64,000 nucleotides of DNA from assembly GCF_964204865.1 (NCBI RefSeq), contig NC_135254.1, forward strand, positions 12,276,001-12,340,000. Direction: 5' to 3'. Below the pieces are notes generated by a model. It was not told the origin of the DNA, made no database searches, and saw only the letters and a list, made by a program, of their open reading frames with translations. Each line of letters starts with the position of its first letter. The first letter of the stretch is position 1. The translations under genes were made by a program, and so were the position numbers. This DNA is from Styela clava. Lineage: Eukaryota. Positions 24,201 to 35,717 of this stretch are shown here, piece after piece.

Positions 24201-27200
24201 AAGTCTTAACTTTCGTTAGAGCACGTGAAAAATTACTCGTTTGATTGAAACTCTCGTAGATTTTGGTTTTTTTCTATAACGTGTAATTAAATTGTCACTA
24301 ATCGATTAGATTGTCGCGGTAGTAATTTACCTTGAAATAGACAGTTGTAACTAGAGCCAAATTTGTGTTTTTTGAGATCATTCCAGGTTGCATGAAGTCT
24401 TTGATCTTCGTTGAGGTTTGTTCCGAAATCCAGCTGTTTATTTTCTTCCGTGCTTTGTACGGTGATGATCGGAAATCAATCTAAAATGATGTTTAAAAAA
24501 TACACTTTGACCAAAATATAAAAATAAAATAACAAATAAAATGTGAATCAATCTGAACAAATAATTCATCAATCATTTAATGTTTATTATTTTATTTACA
24601 TAAATTGTTTTACAAAACGATTAAAGTTATATTGAACCATTGGTTGAGTTTATAGGTATAATTATAACAATTGTGAGAAAAACTAGAAGGAGCTTAACTG
24701 TACATGATTTAAACTAACACCGGAGATGTAAATCCGTAAAAATAAACAACAAAGAGTATTATCGTGGAAGTGCAACTTTCTGGTAAGAATACAGAAACCG
24801 TTTTTATTAGACTTGCTGTTTACGGCACTGCTTTGGTTACTCCCTACTTAATTTAAATGAGTAATTATTTTTTAGTAAGTGTGAGTTTGTTATCTTATTT
24901 CGAGGCCAATTAGTCAATGAAAACATGGTATGGAGAAAATAGTGTTATAGTGTATGCCATTTCAAAAATTATCATCCAAATGCATCCACTTTTGATTTTT
25001 ACTTCCGTACATATTGTTTGGAAGTATATCAAGTTTCTCAAATGTATATCACGGGTAAATTTTTTATTCTAATACGAATCAATTTTATTTTGGTCAATTG
25101 CGTCGCGTCGTTGGAAATTATTCGGCGTTAATCGGTGCTTGACAAGTTATAGGTTAGCGGATCGTAATTTACAATGGAAATCAACTGGCTTATCTCGGCA
25201 TGAACTTGTGTAATTCCATTAACTATAGAACATCTTTGTTCATTCGTTTTCTATTCCGCCTAATTATCAGCGACAGTTGTGGCGGTTTCCCGCAAAGTGT
25301 TAATTTTATTCGGTATTTTGGATCTTTAAGAGCGTCGATCTTTTTATAGCATCGTTACAAGTATATACTGAAGACTGAATAGTAACAAAAATCTAATTAA
25401 GTTTTTGGCACGCAATGCGGTAGACGACCTGGCGGGGCGTGTTGCAATTTTGGTCATCGGTATGATGCATTGTCGTGTATTACAGTGACTTGGAATAGAT
25501 GAAAAATAAAAATAAATTTTTAAATGGAAATATCCGTAACGACCCAGATTTCGCGTGGGAAAATCACTCGAAAATAGAAGCAATCAAAGGTATTCATGTC
25601 AATGTTGTTAATGTCAACTTGAAAACCTAGGTCAAGCATTGGGCTGGTCTAAGAACTGAACGTCAAATTTATGTATTGCTAAGTACAGTGATACGTCGGT
25701 ATTCGAACTCGGATCTTTTGGACAAATCCCCCGCCACTATAATGCAAATATATGAGATTTGGATTTCCAGCATAATTGTATAATTACTAATTTGTTTATT
25801 TTGAGCGTTGGCGGTGGTGTTTTTTTTTATTGCGGGGGATTTGTACAAAAGATCCAAAATTATCTAGTCGAAAATAATGCCGTTCCCAAACGGAAATTCC
25901 GAGCTCGAACACCCAAGCGCTCCGTCGAGTGAGATAACGTCACCCGAACCGCGCATCTTGGCTGCCTTTTGAACATTCAATATGAGAACGATGCTCAAAT
26001 ACATGGACACAAAAGCTAAAACGAAGTTGTACGGGTATGTAATCTATCACAGTAAACTACCGCTACGGCAACGACTTACGCGAAAGCAGAACCGCCACAA
26101 GGTAACGTCATGGCACACAATAAACGAATCCCATATAACCCACAGGAATTTGGTCAAACATACAGTAGCTTATACAAAATTGACATTTATATAATTAATT
26201 TCGTTTAGGTACACGTTTTGTTAATATTTTGGAAGGCGTAGGAACGTATAAAAATAATCACCAAAGTTTTGGTACTCGATCAAATAGGTAGTCGGACGTC
26301 TAAAGGAATTGTGTTCGACTACCAATTTATCACTGTACATTTTTTTTACATTCATAGGGTATCAGTACCGAAACAAAAATGCAACATAAAAGACCATTCA
26401 GCCCATGGGTTACATTCAACCATACAAGTAAATACGTACCCGCTCCAAACCGGCACCATAAAACGCAGATTTGCGAATAAATGCTTTCCTGTATTTTAAA
26501 CGTTTGTCAGCATACAGTTTTGTTGCTTTTGTTAAGATTGTGGGTTCAAAGCTAGCTTTTTTCAATCGAACAGCTTTTTTCGAAGGCTGGAATGCTTTGT
26601 TGTTGTAAACTTGAAGGAAGCATGGTGTCCTCGCCATCGAATATTCCGGGCTACAAATAATCGTTTTACAATATATATTCAACTATATAAGATAAATAAT
26701 AGGTAATATAAGTTTAAAAGTGTATCAACAACCGTATGCATTTAATCAATAAATAATCATTCGCAAACATTCGTCATCTGATCTTATATTCTGATTTATA
26801 GCACAGTCCAAGGTAATATTCTGTGACTGTTTCTGTCCTTGTTTACGTAAATGGTAAAAAATCGCAGAACAAAATGTCCTTTTTAAAACAGTTACACTGT
26901 TATGTTTTCGTGTATCATGTCTGATAAACTTTCAATTAGATTCCAACGTATTCAAATTTATTCCTTTAATTGAAAAAAAAAACATAAAACATTTCCGATA
27001 TGTTGATGGATTTAGCTATTTACCAATATTCTCATGCGTAGAGGCAGAAGAAATTTTGCCAGATACTGCCAAATGGGAAAAAACTTTACCCACAAAATCT
27101 GCTCCCGAGAGAAACATACCTTTGATCCAGCTTCAAGCCTCGGATTATTTGTCGTCTTGTTATTCCTTTTGACCCCACCAATAACGTTAATAATCCCGAT

Positions 27201-27939
27201 CCAACGGCCAAAGGAGAAATCATCACATTCGACCCTCCTTTTTCTCTTTGTAACACATTTTGAAGTAAAGAAACGGAAAACTTGATGTTTGCTTCAGAAG
27301 AGTGTTCTGCTCTATAATAACAACAAAGGCTCGTATAGTTTATCTCGTATCAATTTGAAGAATAAACGAATATATTTCGTTTCATTGAAATGTACAATGA
27401 GAGAAAATTTTGAAATTTAAGCCCAATCGCCGATTACCACTATTTTAAAATGTATACTGAAGCACAGATGTGATATCACTAGTGGTGAGATTCAACCCGT
27501 TAAATACAATATCTTCTCTCATTCAAAAGCCTGCTTGTCAGAATTCAACTTTCCAGTTCGGATTTGAGCATTAGTCTAGCTCACAATCTTTAAGTTTTTC
27601 AATGTAACCTTTCTAGTATGCTATCCCGATATTGAATTTTTCAAAGCTACAAATATTTGGCTTCTGCAAGGTAACCAACCACTCTTTTTTGGTGTGTATT
27701 TATCGTAAAATGGGTTCGTGGCAATTTTCGCCGATCTAAACTGACGAAGCATATTTATTTATGACAACATTTACATAACATTCAATAATGCACATTTCAC
27801 AACTTTCCATTTTTATTAACTTAATTTCATTACCAAAAAGTAATCATACAAAATCTCACCGGCATTTGAAGGCATCTTTCGCCGACGTAGTCTTGAATTG
27901 ATAAATAAAAAAAGCATATAATACAAAATATAACTTCAT
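21222..27939 (-). CDS. Secreted, highly basic serpin C (~431 aa, 8 exons)
   Basis: Exons 27939-27860, 27311-27120, 26650-26440, 24480-24331, 23040-22872, 22442-22294, 21789-21613, 21389-21222 (1296 nt), same intron phases (2,2,0,0,1,0,0) as serpins A and B. Signal peptide MKLYFVLYAFFIYQFKTTSA; NVMISP, VYFKAAW, IPKFNV, VNERGTEVAGVSGFRFGFIVEPP, NRPFLLVI..ILFIGRISDP. Confidence 0.92.
25711..25855. mobile_element. Foldback/MITE remnant in serpin C intron
   Basis: 24-bp inverted repeat ggatcttttggacaaatcccccgc / gcgggggatttgtacaaaagatcc (1 mismatch). Confidence 0.55.
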
Positions 27940-30900
27940 CGTAACGTTTCCTGCATCTATATAATAATGCAACCAGTAGATGCGAATCTTATAACTTGAA
28001 TGATTATTACGTCTTCACTTTGTACTGTTTTATTTCTATAAATAGACGGAAGTAATTTCTCAAACTAATGTGCTGGCTGCCACTTCCAGCTAAGTTTATA
28101 AAGCGGTTTCTGACGCTTGGTTGTGATAATTACATTACGTCACTTGTTGTAAATCCTGATTAGATAACGCGTGCCTCGGTTCATTTTGACGAGTACTTAT
28201 TGACAAATATTTCAGTCTAAATGCTGAAGTTTGTTGCTATGTTCTTTTCAAAGTTGATCCGCCTACTCGAGATACGCCCATATGTGATAAACATCAAGAT
28301 GTTAAAGCCACAATACACTTATAATTCGTCAATTCCAGCCGACAAATTACTCAAATTTCGCATACCTTCGAAAATTGTGTTGGTTCCACCCAAAGTCTGG
28401 TCGCACCCGCGTGAATCAGAATGCAATCCTATCATATCTCAGAATCGCGTTTTTCAGCGGAATCGTTGATAAAATTGCGCTTTTTCAATCTTCATATTCC
28501 AAATATTAAACCCCGGTATGCGTGTTACGAGCAATAAGATTGTACGAAACAGTACATAAAAAATTTAACTGATTTTTTTTTATAAAATTTCACAAATTTA
28601 GTCATGTCGTTTAGTTGAGATACACTGTATTAACTCGTCTTGAATAAGCTAGGTATATTTTAGAGTAGATGATATAAAAAATGGAAAAAATACATAAATA
28701 CAAACTAATTCATTTTTCCAGTTTTGACGAATTATCTAGCAATGTATATTTGGATGAGTCTCCAATTTATTTTGTTACGTTGATTATCGTTATTACGAAG
28801 TTATTCGCGCCTTCATATGTTTACACATATGTATTCTTCTAACGATAAACGTTGAAAAGCTTGTACAATATTCAAGATTTTACTGTATGTTCAAACTTTT
28901 TTGGATTGGCATAAAATTGTGAATGTTCGGGCAGACGTTATCTCACCTACAAGCTCAATTGAATCGGAAACCAAATTTTTGAAGATTTTTCTAATGATTA
29001 AGCTATTTAAAGAAAAAGTAAGATCGCGAAATAAACATTAATAAGTATACTTGATGAATCACGACTCCCTTGATGAACAATTTAATTTGCATATACATTC
29101 TTGGTTAGCACGGTCAATCTACGGAAAAGCTCATATTTAATCTCAATATATAATGTTCTCACCTTTTCAAAGTTCGTGAAATGATCTAATTTTTAATGAG
29201 GCCATACTTGATGCAATTGATAAATATTGCTGAGTCGAACTGGGATTTATGATAAATAATAAACAATGTTAAATTCGTGACGCGAAAACGTGTACTAAGA
29301 TTTGATTCGTCAGCATCATTATGGTTTGGTCGACCCAAAGCATAATAATAAGAAAAAGTAAGCATGACATGGATGGTTCGAAAAAGAATTAGTTAGTTTG
29401 TTCGGATATATTGGGACAAATTTGAAAGTTATCTACCGATAAACATAAAACATGCAAAACTAAAACACAGTGAATTTCGAATATCTTGTAACACACAAAG
29501 TAACATTCCAGGTTACAGATATACAACTTAATCACATGACCTCTCTCAAGCAATGGAATAGTTTTTCCAAATTTAGAAACTCACTATGTAGATACCTGTC
29601 TAGACTTTTTAAGAACTAAAAGGTGGGAAACACAACATAATTTTGGGAAATATGCGTCAACCGCTTCACATAAAATTTGGGAATTCGTCAATCAAATTCA
29701 TATTAATCGCACACTATTCATACTTCGGGCAAATATATATATAATTCTTTCAACTTTTCAATTGCTCTGCTTTTGGTTGAAGCAAACGCTATGAATTAAT
29801 TAAATCGTCGGTATTATTAATGTGCATTCCGGTTACGTCATACACAATATGGCGAACTCGTTTAAAGAGGAAAGTCACATTCAGCAGTGAAATATGCAAA
29901 TTAGGGTTGCCACAATTCGGTGGCGTTTTAATTGTGGTCACATAATTTTAATTAACGATGCTCTGTAACGTCACTTAGAAATATAAACTGAATTTTTGGA
30001 GACAGAATCCGACCTGAACCGATGAATAAATGTCAGAAAGATTAATTATTTGAAACCTTGAAGCAGAGTTAATATAAGTATAAACGCTGATATTACATAT
30101 TAGCATATTTTTTATCTGTGATTTATTTTACAGCATTTTCGATCAATCTAGATTCACGTTTTAAAAAAACACATATTTGCTGATTTCGATCTCAGACTCG
30201 GTCACTAACAATTCCGGCACGAATATGGTACATACCTATTTCTTGAAATATCGCCAAAATAGGTTGCCAGGCCACGAGCTGGGAAACCGTATAGCTACCC
30301 AATATAATAATACTTGATAAACAATATAATTTACTAGCTTGTGACCAAATTTTCAGTTTCAAAAGAGTAGTAAATGATCAAATTGAATTGAAAATGCATT
30401 ACGTGTAAACATGAGTGTGTGTCTCATCTTATACTACTAGAATTTCAATTAAGATAATGTAAAGGCCATAGTAACTGTTTTTTGTTTTTTAAATATATTG
30501 GGTAGACAAATATTTACCGATAGTTCGTGATAATAAAATATGGCGTAGTTCGGCGAAAAATGAAAAAAGATTTGGAACGACCATGTGACGAGCAAATTCA
30601 AGAAAACTATAGCTGACGTATTTTCATTTGTTTGACCGCAAAAACAAATACCGGGCGGTACGATGTCTACAATTTTAGCATGTTTTGTACAACTAAATGT
30701 TTATTATAAATAGCAACAAGTTAGATCATATATCAAGGCTATTTGTGTTGTCGAACAATTCCCATTGTGTACAACCCCATCCGTTGCGGGGACTATGGCT
30801 TAATGAAAATCGTCGAATTCAACATAATACCAAATTAATTTGGAATCGAATTCTAATTGATTATGATGAAAATGAATCCCAAATATATTATTGAATAGAA

Positions 30901-31097
30901 TATCCCAAATAGAATATTTATATTGAGTAAACTGGAATAAAAATTGAACTGCAAGGATTAATTTTTTTCCTCAGCATGAACATTTTGCATGCCTATTTTT
31001 TATTCAGTTGGACGTACGTCAGACATTTTCTGCAGGTTCTGAAAATCAGTTCGCTTAGAGAGGAAACAATAGTATGGATTTATTACACGTCTGATCG

Positions 31098-31103
31098 ATA
31101 TAA
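31098..31103 (+). promoter_or_regulatory. Candidate TATA-like element of the lipocalin gene
   Basis: gatcgatataaggagg ~85 nt upstream of the ATG, conserved in the duplicate at ~32897. Confidence 0.35.
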
Positions 31104-31186
31104 GGAGGCTTCTTAACGGCATGTGATTTGACATTATGCTCACACCCATGTTTTTTTTAAAAGCAATGAGCTCTTAGGTTGACAAA

Positions 31187-31840
31187 ATGAAATTGTGGAT
31201 ATTTGCAATTGCTTTCATTCTCTACATAGAATGTGTTCATTGTTGTAAATTAGCCGAGCCCGGAATTGAACTTGATTGGAATAGTCTTGGAAGTGATTGG
31301 TATGAAATACTAAATGCTAATTTGACAGTTGATCACATTGCCAAGTGTTATGGACTACGTAATTTCAAATCGTCTGCTGCGGGTGGTACAGGATTTATGA
31401 TAGACTATCACTTAAACACCCAAACTTATAATATTATTCCAACGAACTTCGTCTTACAGCGTGGAAAGCATTACAAGATTGGAGGAAATGATATTGACAG
31501 CTATTGGGAAGCTAATTTAAACAAAGACGTAGAAGACCTCTCGCCCCATGCTGCAAAGTTGAACAATAAAATTGCAAAAATCGTAGACCAGGGCCCTTAT
31601 TACATCGCTACAGATTACGAAAATTACGTCATATTAACAAGGTGCGTGGATAGAAAGCTCGAAGGAGGAAACAGGGGAATTTGGGTTTACGCTCGTAATC
31701 CAAAACCCACCGCGGAAGATATATTACGCGTAGTAAATAGGTTGATCGAGATGGGAGGACGTTGGAGCTCAGTTCCCTTATTCCTGTCAAAATGCGTTAC
31801 TGTGGACGATTTCGACAAGTTTGTTGAAGACCATCACTAA
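31187..31840 (+). CDS. Intronless secreted lipocalin (ApoD/RBP-like, 217 aa)
   Basis: Signal peptide MKLWIFAIAFILYIECVHC; SCR1-like LDWNSLGSDWYEI, SCR2 YYIATDYENYVI..RC, SCR3 IWVYARNP; N- and C-terminal Cys. Confidence 0.85.
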   Translation: MKLWIFAIAFILYIECVHCCKLAEPGIELDWNSLGSDWYEILNANLTVDHIAKCYGLRNFKSSAAGGTGFMIDYHLNTQTYNIIPTNFVLQRGKHYKIGGNDIDSYWEANLNKDVEDLSPHAAKLNNKIAKIVDQGPYYIATDYENYVILTRCVDRKLEGGNRGIWVYARNPKPTAEDILRVVNRLIEMGGRWSSVPLFLSKCVTVDDFDKFVEDHH

Positions 31841-32938
31841 ATGACACTACACCCTGTTAATAGTTAATCGGAAAAATTATTATTCACAATGACTAAGGCT
31901 TTTGATTGCCGACTATAACGTGTTGATTTCATGCCATTAAACAGTTTATTTATCTTTACTCGAGATTGGTCAACTATAACAGAATTTGTCAATGTGCAAA
32001 ATAAATTACTCTCAGATCACTACGATTATGTTTTAATTCTAAATGGAATGCCTTCTTGCAGCAATCTAGTTTGCATCTATGTCGCCATATTGAACCGCGA
32101 GTGAGAATCATACATATATATATATATATAAATGTGGCGTGTTAAATAGCAGATGACAGATTTTTTTTTAACAATCACAAGTGAATAGCAAAGCTTGCGG
32201 TATCAGAAGGTAAAGAAAAACAATGTCTATTGTTATATATATTTATAATTCAGTCGAGCGGTAAACATTTCTTCAGTGACAAAAATTCTGCAAGCTTGAC
32301 TTTTTATTCAGACCAGTTTCTCTGGTATCTATGTGGTAAGTTGTCCACCTCTCAGATAATCAATTTTTGGATTAGATACTGAATGAAAATGTGATATAGC
32401 TAATATATATACTATCTTACTTTGTTTTGCCGCAAAAACAAGTAACAGACGGTACGGTACGGTGGTTACACTTTTAGCATGTTTTGTACAACTAAATGTA
32501 TTTTACAAATAGCAACAAGTTAGATAATATATCAATGCTATTTGTGTTGTCAAACAATTCCTATTGTGTACAACTACAAACCCATCCGCTGTGGGGGGTA
32601 GGGCTTAACGAAAATTGTCGAATTCAACACAACAACAAATTAATTTGGAATCAAATACTAATTAATTATGATGGAAATGAGTCCCAAAGATAGTAGAACA
32701 TTCTCGAATAGAATATTTTCAGGGAGTAAACTGGGATAACAATTGAACTGCAAGGATTAATTTTTGCCGCCATCATGAAGATTCTGCTTGCTTAGTTTGT
32801 ATTCAGTTGCACGGACGTCAGACATTTTCTGCAGGTTCTGAAAATCAGTTCGCTCGGAAAGGAAACAATAGTATAGATTTATTACACGTCAGATCGATAT
32901 AAGGAGGCTTCTTAACGGCATGTGATTTGACATTATGC

Positions 32939-33425
32939 CTTGGAAGTGATTGGTATGAAATACTAATTGTCAATTTGACAGTTGATTACATTGCCAAGTG
33001 CTACTCCGTGATTCCAAAGCTTCTGCTGCAGCTGATGCAGGATTCGGTATAGACTATCACTCAAACACCAAAACTTATAATAAAATTCAATGAACTTCGT
33101 CTTACAGCGTGTGAAGCATTACAAGATTGGAGAAAATGATGTTGACAGCTATTGGAAAGCTAATTTAAAGAAAGACGCGGGAGATCTCTCGCCCTATGCT
33201 GCAAAGTTTGACAATAAAATTGCCAAAACCGCATAGATAAAAAAAAAAACTCGATAGAGGAAACAGGGGAATTTGGGTTTACGCTCGTAACCCACCGCGG
33301 AAGACATATTACGCGTAGTAAATAGGTTGATCGAGATGGGAGAACGTTGGAGCTCGGCTCCCTTATTCCTGTCAAAATGCGTTACTGTGGACGATTTCCA
33401 CAAGATTGTTGAAGACCATCACTAA
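32939..33425 (+). pseudogene. Lipocalin pseudogene
   Basis: Copy of 31286-31840 lacking 146 bp (31140-31285, including ATG and signal peptide); frameshift and stop at ~33090; TDYENY segment replaced by an A-run at ~33240. Confidence 0.9.
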
Positions 33426-34795
33426 ACGACACTACGATCCGTTTATAGTTAATCGGAAAACGCGATTATAAAGGCTTTTGATTGCTAACTATAAGTGTTC
33501 ATTTTATGCAGAAAACAGTTTCTTCACCTTTGCTCTCGAAATTGTTCAACTAACAGAATTTGTCAATGTGCAAAATAAATTATACTCAGATTACTAGGAT
33601 TGTGTTTTAATTGCAGGTCTCATACCTGCTTGCAGTAATCTCGTTTGCGTTCATTTTGCAATAATAAACCGAGTGGAAATATTATATATATGATGGACCT
33701 TGCGTATTAAATGGCAGATGACAGATTTAAGTTGACAACCCCAAATAGATAGCAGAGATTGGGGTATCAGTAAATTCAGACAATCAATGTCTATTGTAAT
33801 ATATATATTAAATTTACCCAAGCGGAGAATATTTCTTCAATGAGAAAGATTCTGCAATCTTGACGTTTATTTTAGAATAATTTACTTTGCAATTTATGTG
33901 GTTGTTTGTTTACCTCCCAGATATTTTTGGGCATGTAACATTACTAACGCACCTGGCGGTATTTAACATCCAGCAGTCAGTCTCATGAAGAGTTGAATAA
34001 CTTTGAGGTAATTTCGTTCGAATAAATATTCTGTGTTAAAAAACAAAATGAAAATAATTTTTTTGTTCATAGCCCATACACTCGTCATCCTGCACAGCAA
34101 TGCCAGTTTTTTTTAAACAAATAGTGTCAGGTGCTTTTCTTGGCACATGTTTCAAGACCTAACATGATATAAAAATAAAATAAAGACTTACACTATTGCT
34201 GCTGTTACAACGCTGCATCTCGTAGGTTTTGTTCGCAAAATTTCAAAAAAATTGTCTAATGTAAAAGTACATTATATGGATAATTCCATACAAAATATGT
34301 TTTCGTAGTTATTTGAATTCAAATTGAGCTGTAGCACTTATCATCTGTAACATAAATAAAAGAATATGTATTATTTTTACATCTACCAATTTTCTGTAAT
34401 CCATGAAAACATCGTTGTTTTCCATGGCAATCTAATCCCCTTGCATTTGGAAAAAAATCTCAACTTGACCCAAATCGAAGAATTTAAAATCCAGATGATG
34501 ATATAAATTCATACATTTTATCTTATAATAGATTTACTCAAATATTTTGAATTTTTTTTTTCTGAAAACACAGTTGGTCTATGTGTGCACATTTTACATA
34601 AAATGGAAATTACACCAAACGCAAGTTACAAGTTCAATATATACCACAATTATATATATAAGTCGATTCACTATTAGTGATTATTGTTATATTTACCATA
34701 ATTTTATTTAAATTGATAAATTAGATTTAAACTTTCCCATCAAAAGAAAATGACGAACGTACCTTCATCTTAGAACATTTGTCCTTCTCCGCCTA

Positions 34796-35314
34796 AGTCG
34801 GGAGAATTCGAACAACTCAACAAATTATTTTGAATAACTCTTCACATAATTATGCTGATAAATACGTTATGTATATGTTTTATGCCTTATGGAACCCCAG
34901 ACTATATCACTTGGAGGATTTGATTATTTTTGTATATATATATATATATTGTATTCTCGAAATATCGCTTTAACGCTTTCTTCTTTTGCACTTCTTCAAC
35001 TGCAGTTACCATGTCTTCTTTATGGCAACTATCTCGAGAAGTATTTCTTTTGTAATTTTTTGGTATAACTCTGGACATTCAACTCAACTCAAAACGTTTG
35101 TGGAACAAAAACTTTGAAGGGATGAGATGAAACTTTACACCGAACCGGAGACTGCTAGCATCCCCAGTATAATTATCGCGTTAAGAGTGCTTTTGATCCA
35201 TGTAGTAAAAGGGTACTACTTCAGCAGATAAACAAAAAAACGAGTTCACATCCTCTTTTCAGCAAAATTTCTTCCTCGCAACGTTGGGACTACGGGGTCC
35301 GAATTGCCCAGACC
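34796..35314 (-). mobile_element. pogo/Tigger-like non-autonomous element inserted in MS4A-like exon 1
   Basis: TA on both flanks; imperfect TIRs agtcgggagaattcgaac / gtccgaattgcccagacc; minus-strand MSRVIPKNYKRNTSRDSCHKEDMVTAVEEVQKK from 35078 resembles the pogo HTH_psq N-terminus; empty site visible in the paralog at ~62575. Confidence 0.7.
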
Positions 35315-35624
35315 TACTATATGCTATGTACAGACGCGCCCAACAAGTGGTAACAAGTAACATGGAGTATGCTGAAAAGGCATCGGTTTAAGTCTAAGTA
35401 TCAATTCAGTCGAAATATGCAATAGTATGACAGAGGTTTTGCGTGCTCAGCAGAGCAGTCAGGTAGGTTTCAAAAACGTTTAAAAAATTACTCGAAGCTC
35501 AACGAACTGGGTAAATTGCACCGTACGGAAAGTACAGTATATATATGAATTTTTGAAACGGCACAAAGCAGAATATTCAGTTTCATCTTTTTCTAAGTAC
35601 TTGCAGAAAATTTTCCATAGTTTT

Positions 35625-35717
35625 CCACTCAGTTGCAGTTATCATTTTTCAAGTTTTGCCACTCAGTTGCAGTTATCATTTTTCAAGTTTTGCCACTCAG
35701 TTGCAGTTATCATTTTT
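35625..35717 (+). repeat. 34-bp tandem repeat x~2.7
   Basis: ccactcagttgcagttatcatttttcaagttttg repeated; one diverged copy in the paralog at ~62820. Confidence 0.85.

Larger units (their letters stand above)
30627..33925 (+). repeat. Diverged tandem duplication of a ~1.7-kb lipocalin locus (copy 1 ~30627-32360, copy 2 ~32421-33925)
   Basis: Upstream, CDS and 3' regions align throughout (e.g. ttttagcatgttttgtacaactaaatgt; cagacattttctgcaggttctgaaaatcagttcgct; cagaatttgtcaatgtgcaaaataaatta). Confidence 0.9.

Noticed and set aside
30697-30894. Similar 65-aa ORFs at 30697 and 32496
   Set aside because: Similarity is explained by duplication of the lipocalin upstream region; no coding features
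35625-35717. 34-bp repeats as a CRISPR array
   Set aside because: Head-to-tail with no unique spacers, no cas genes, eukaryotic context
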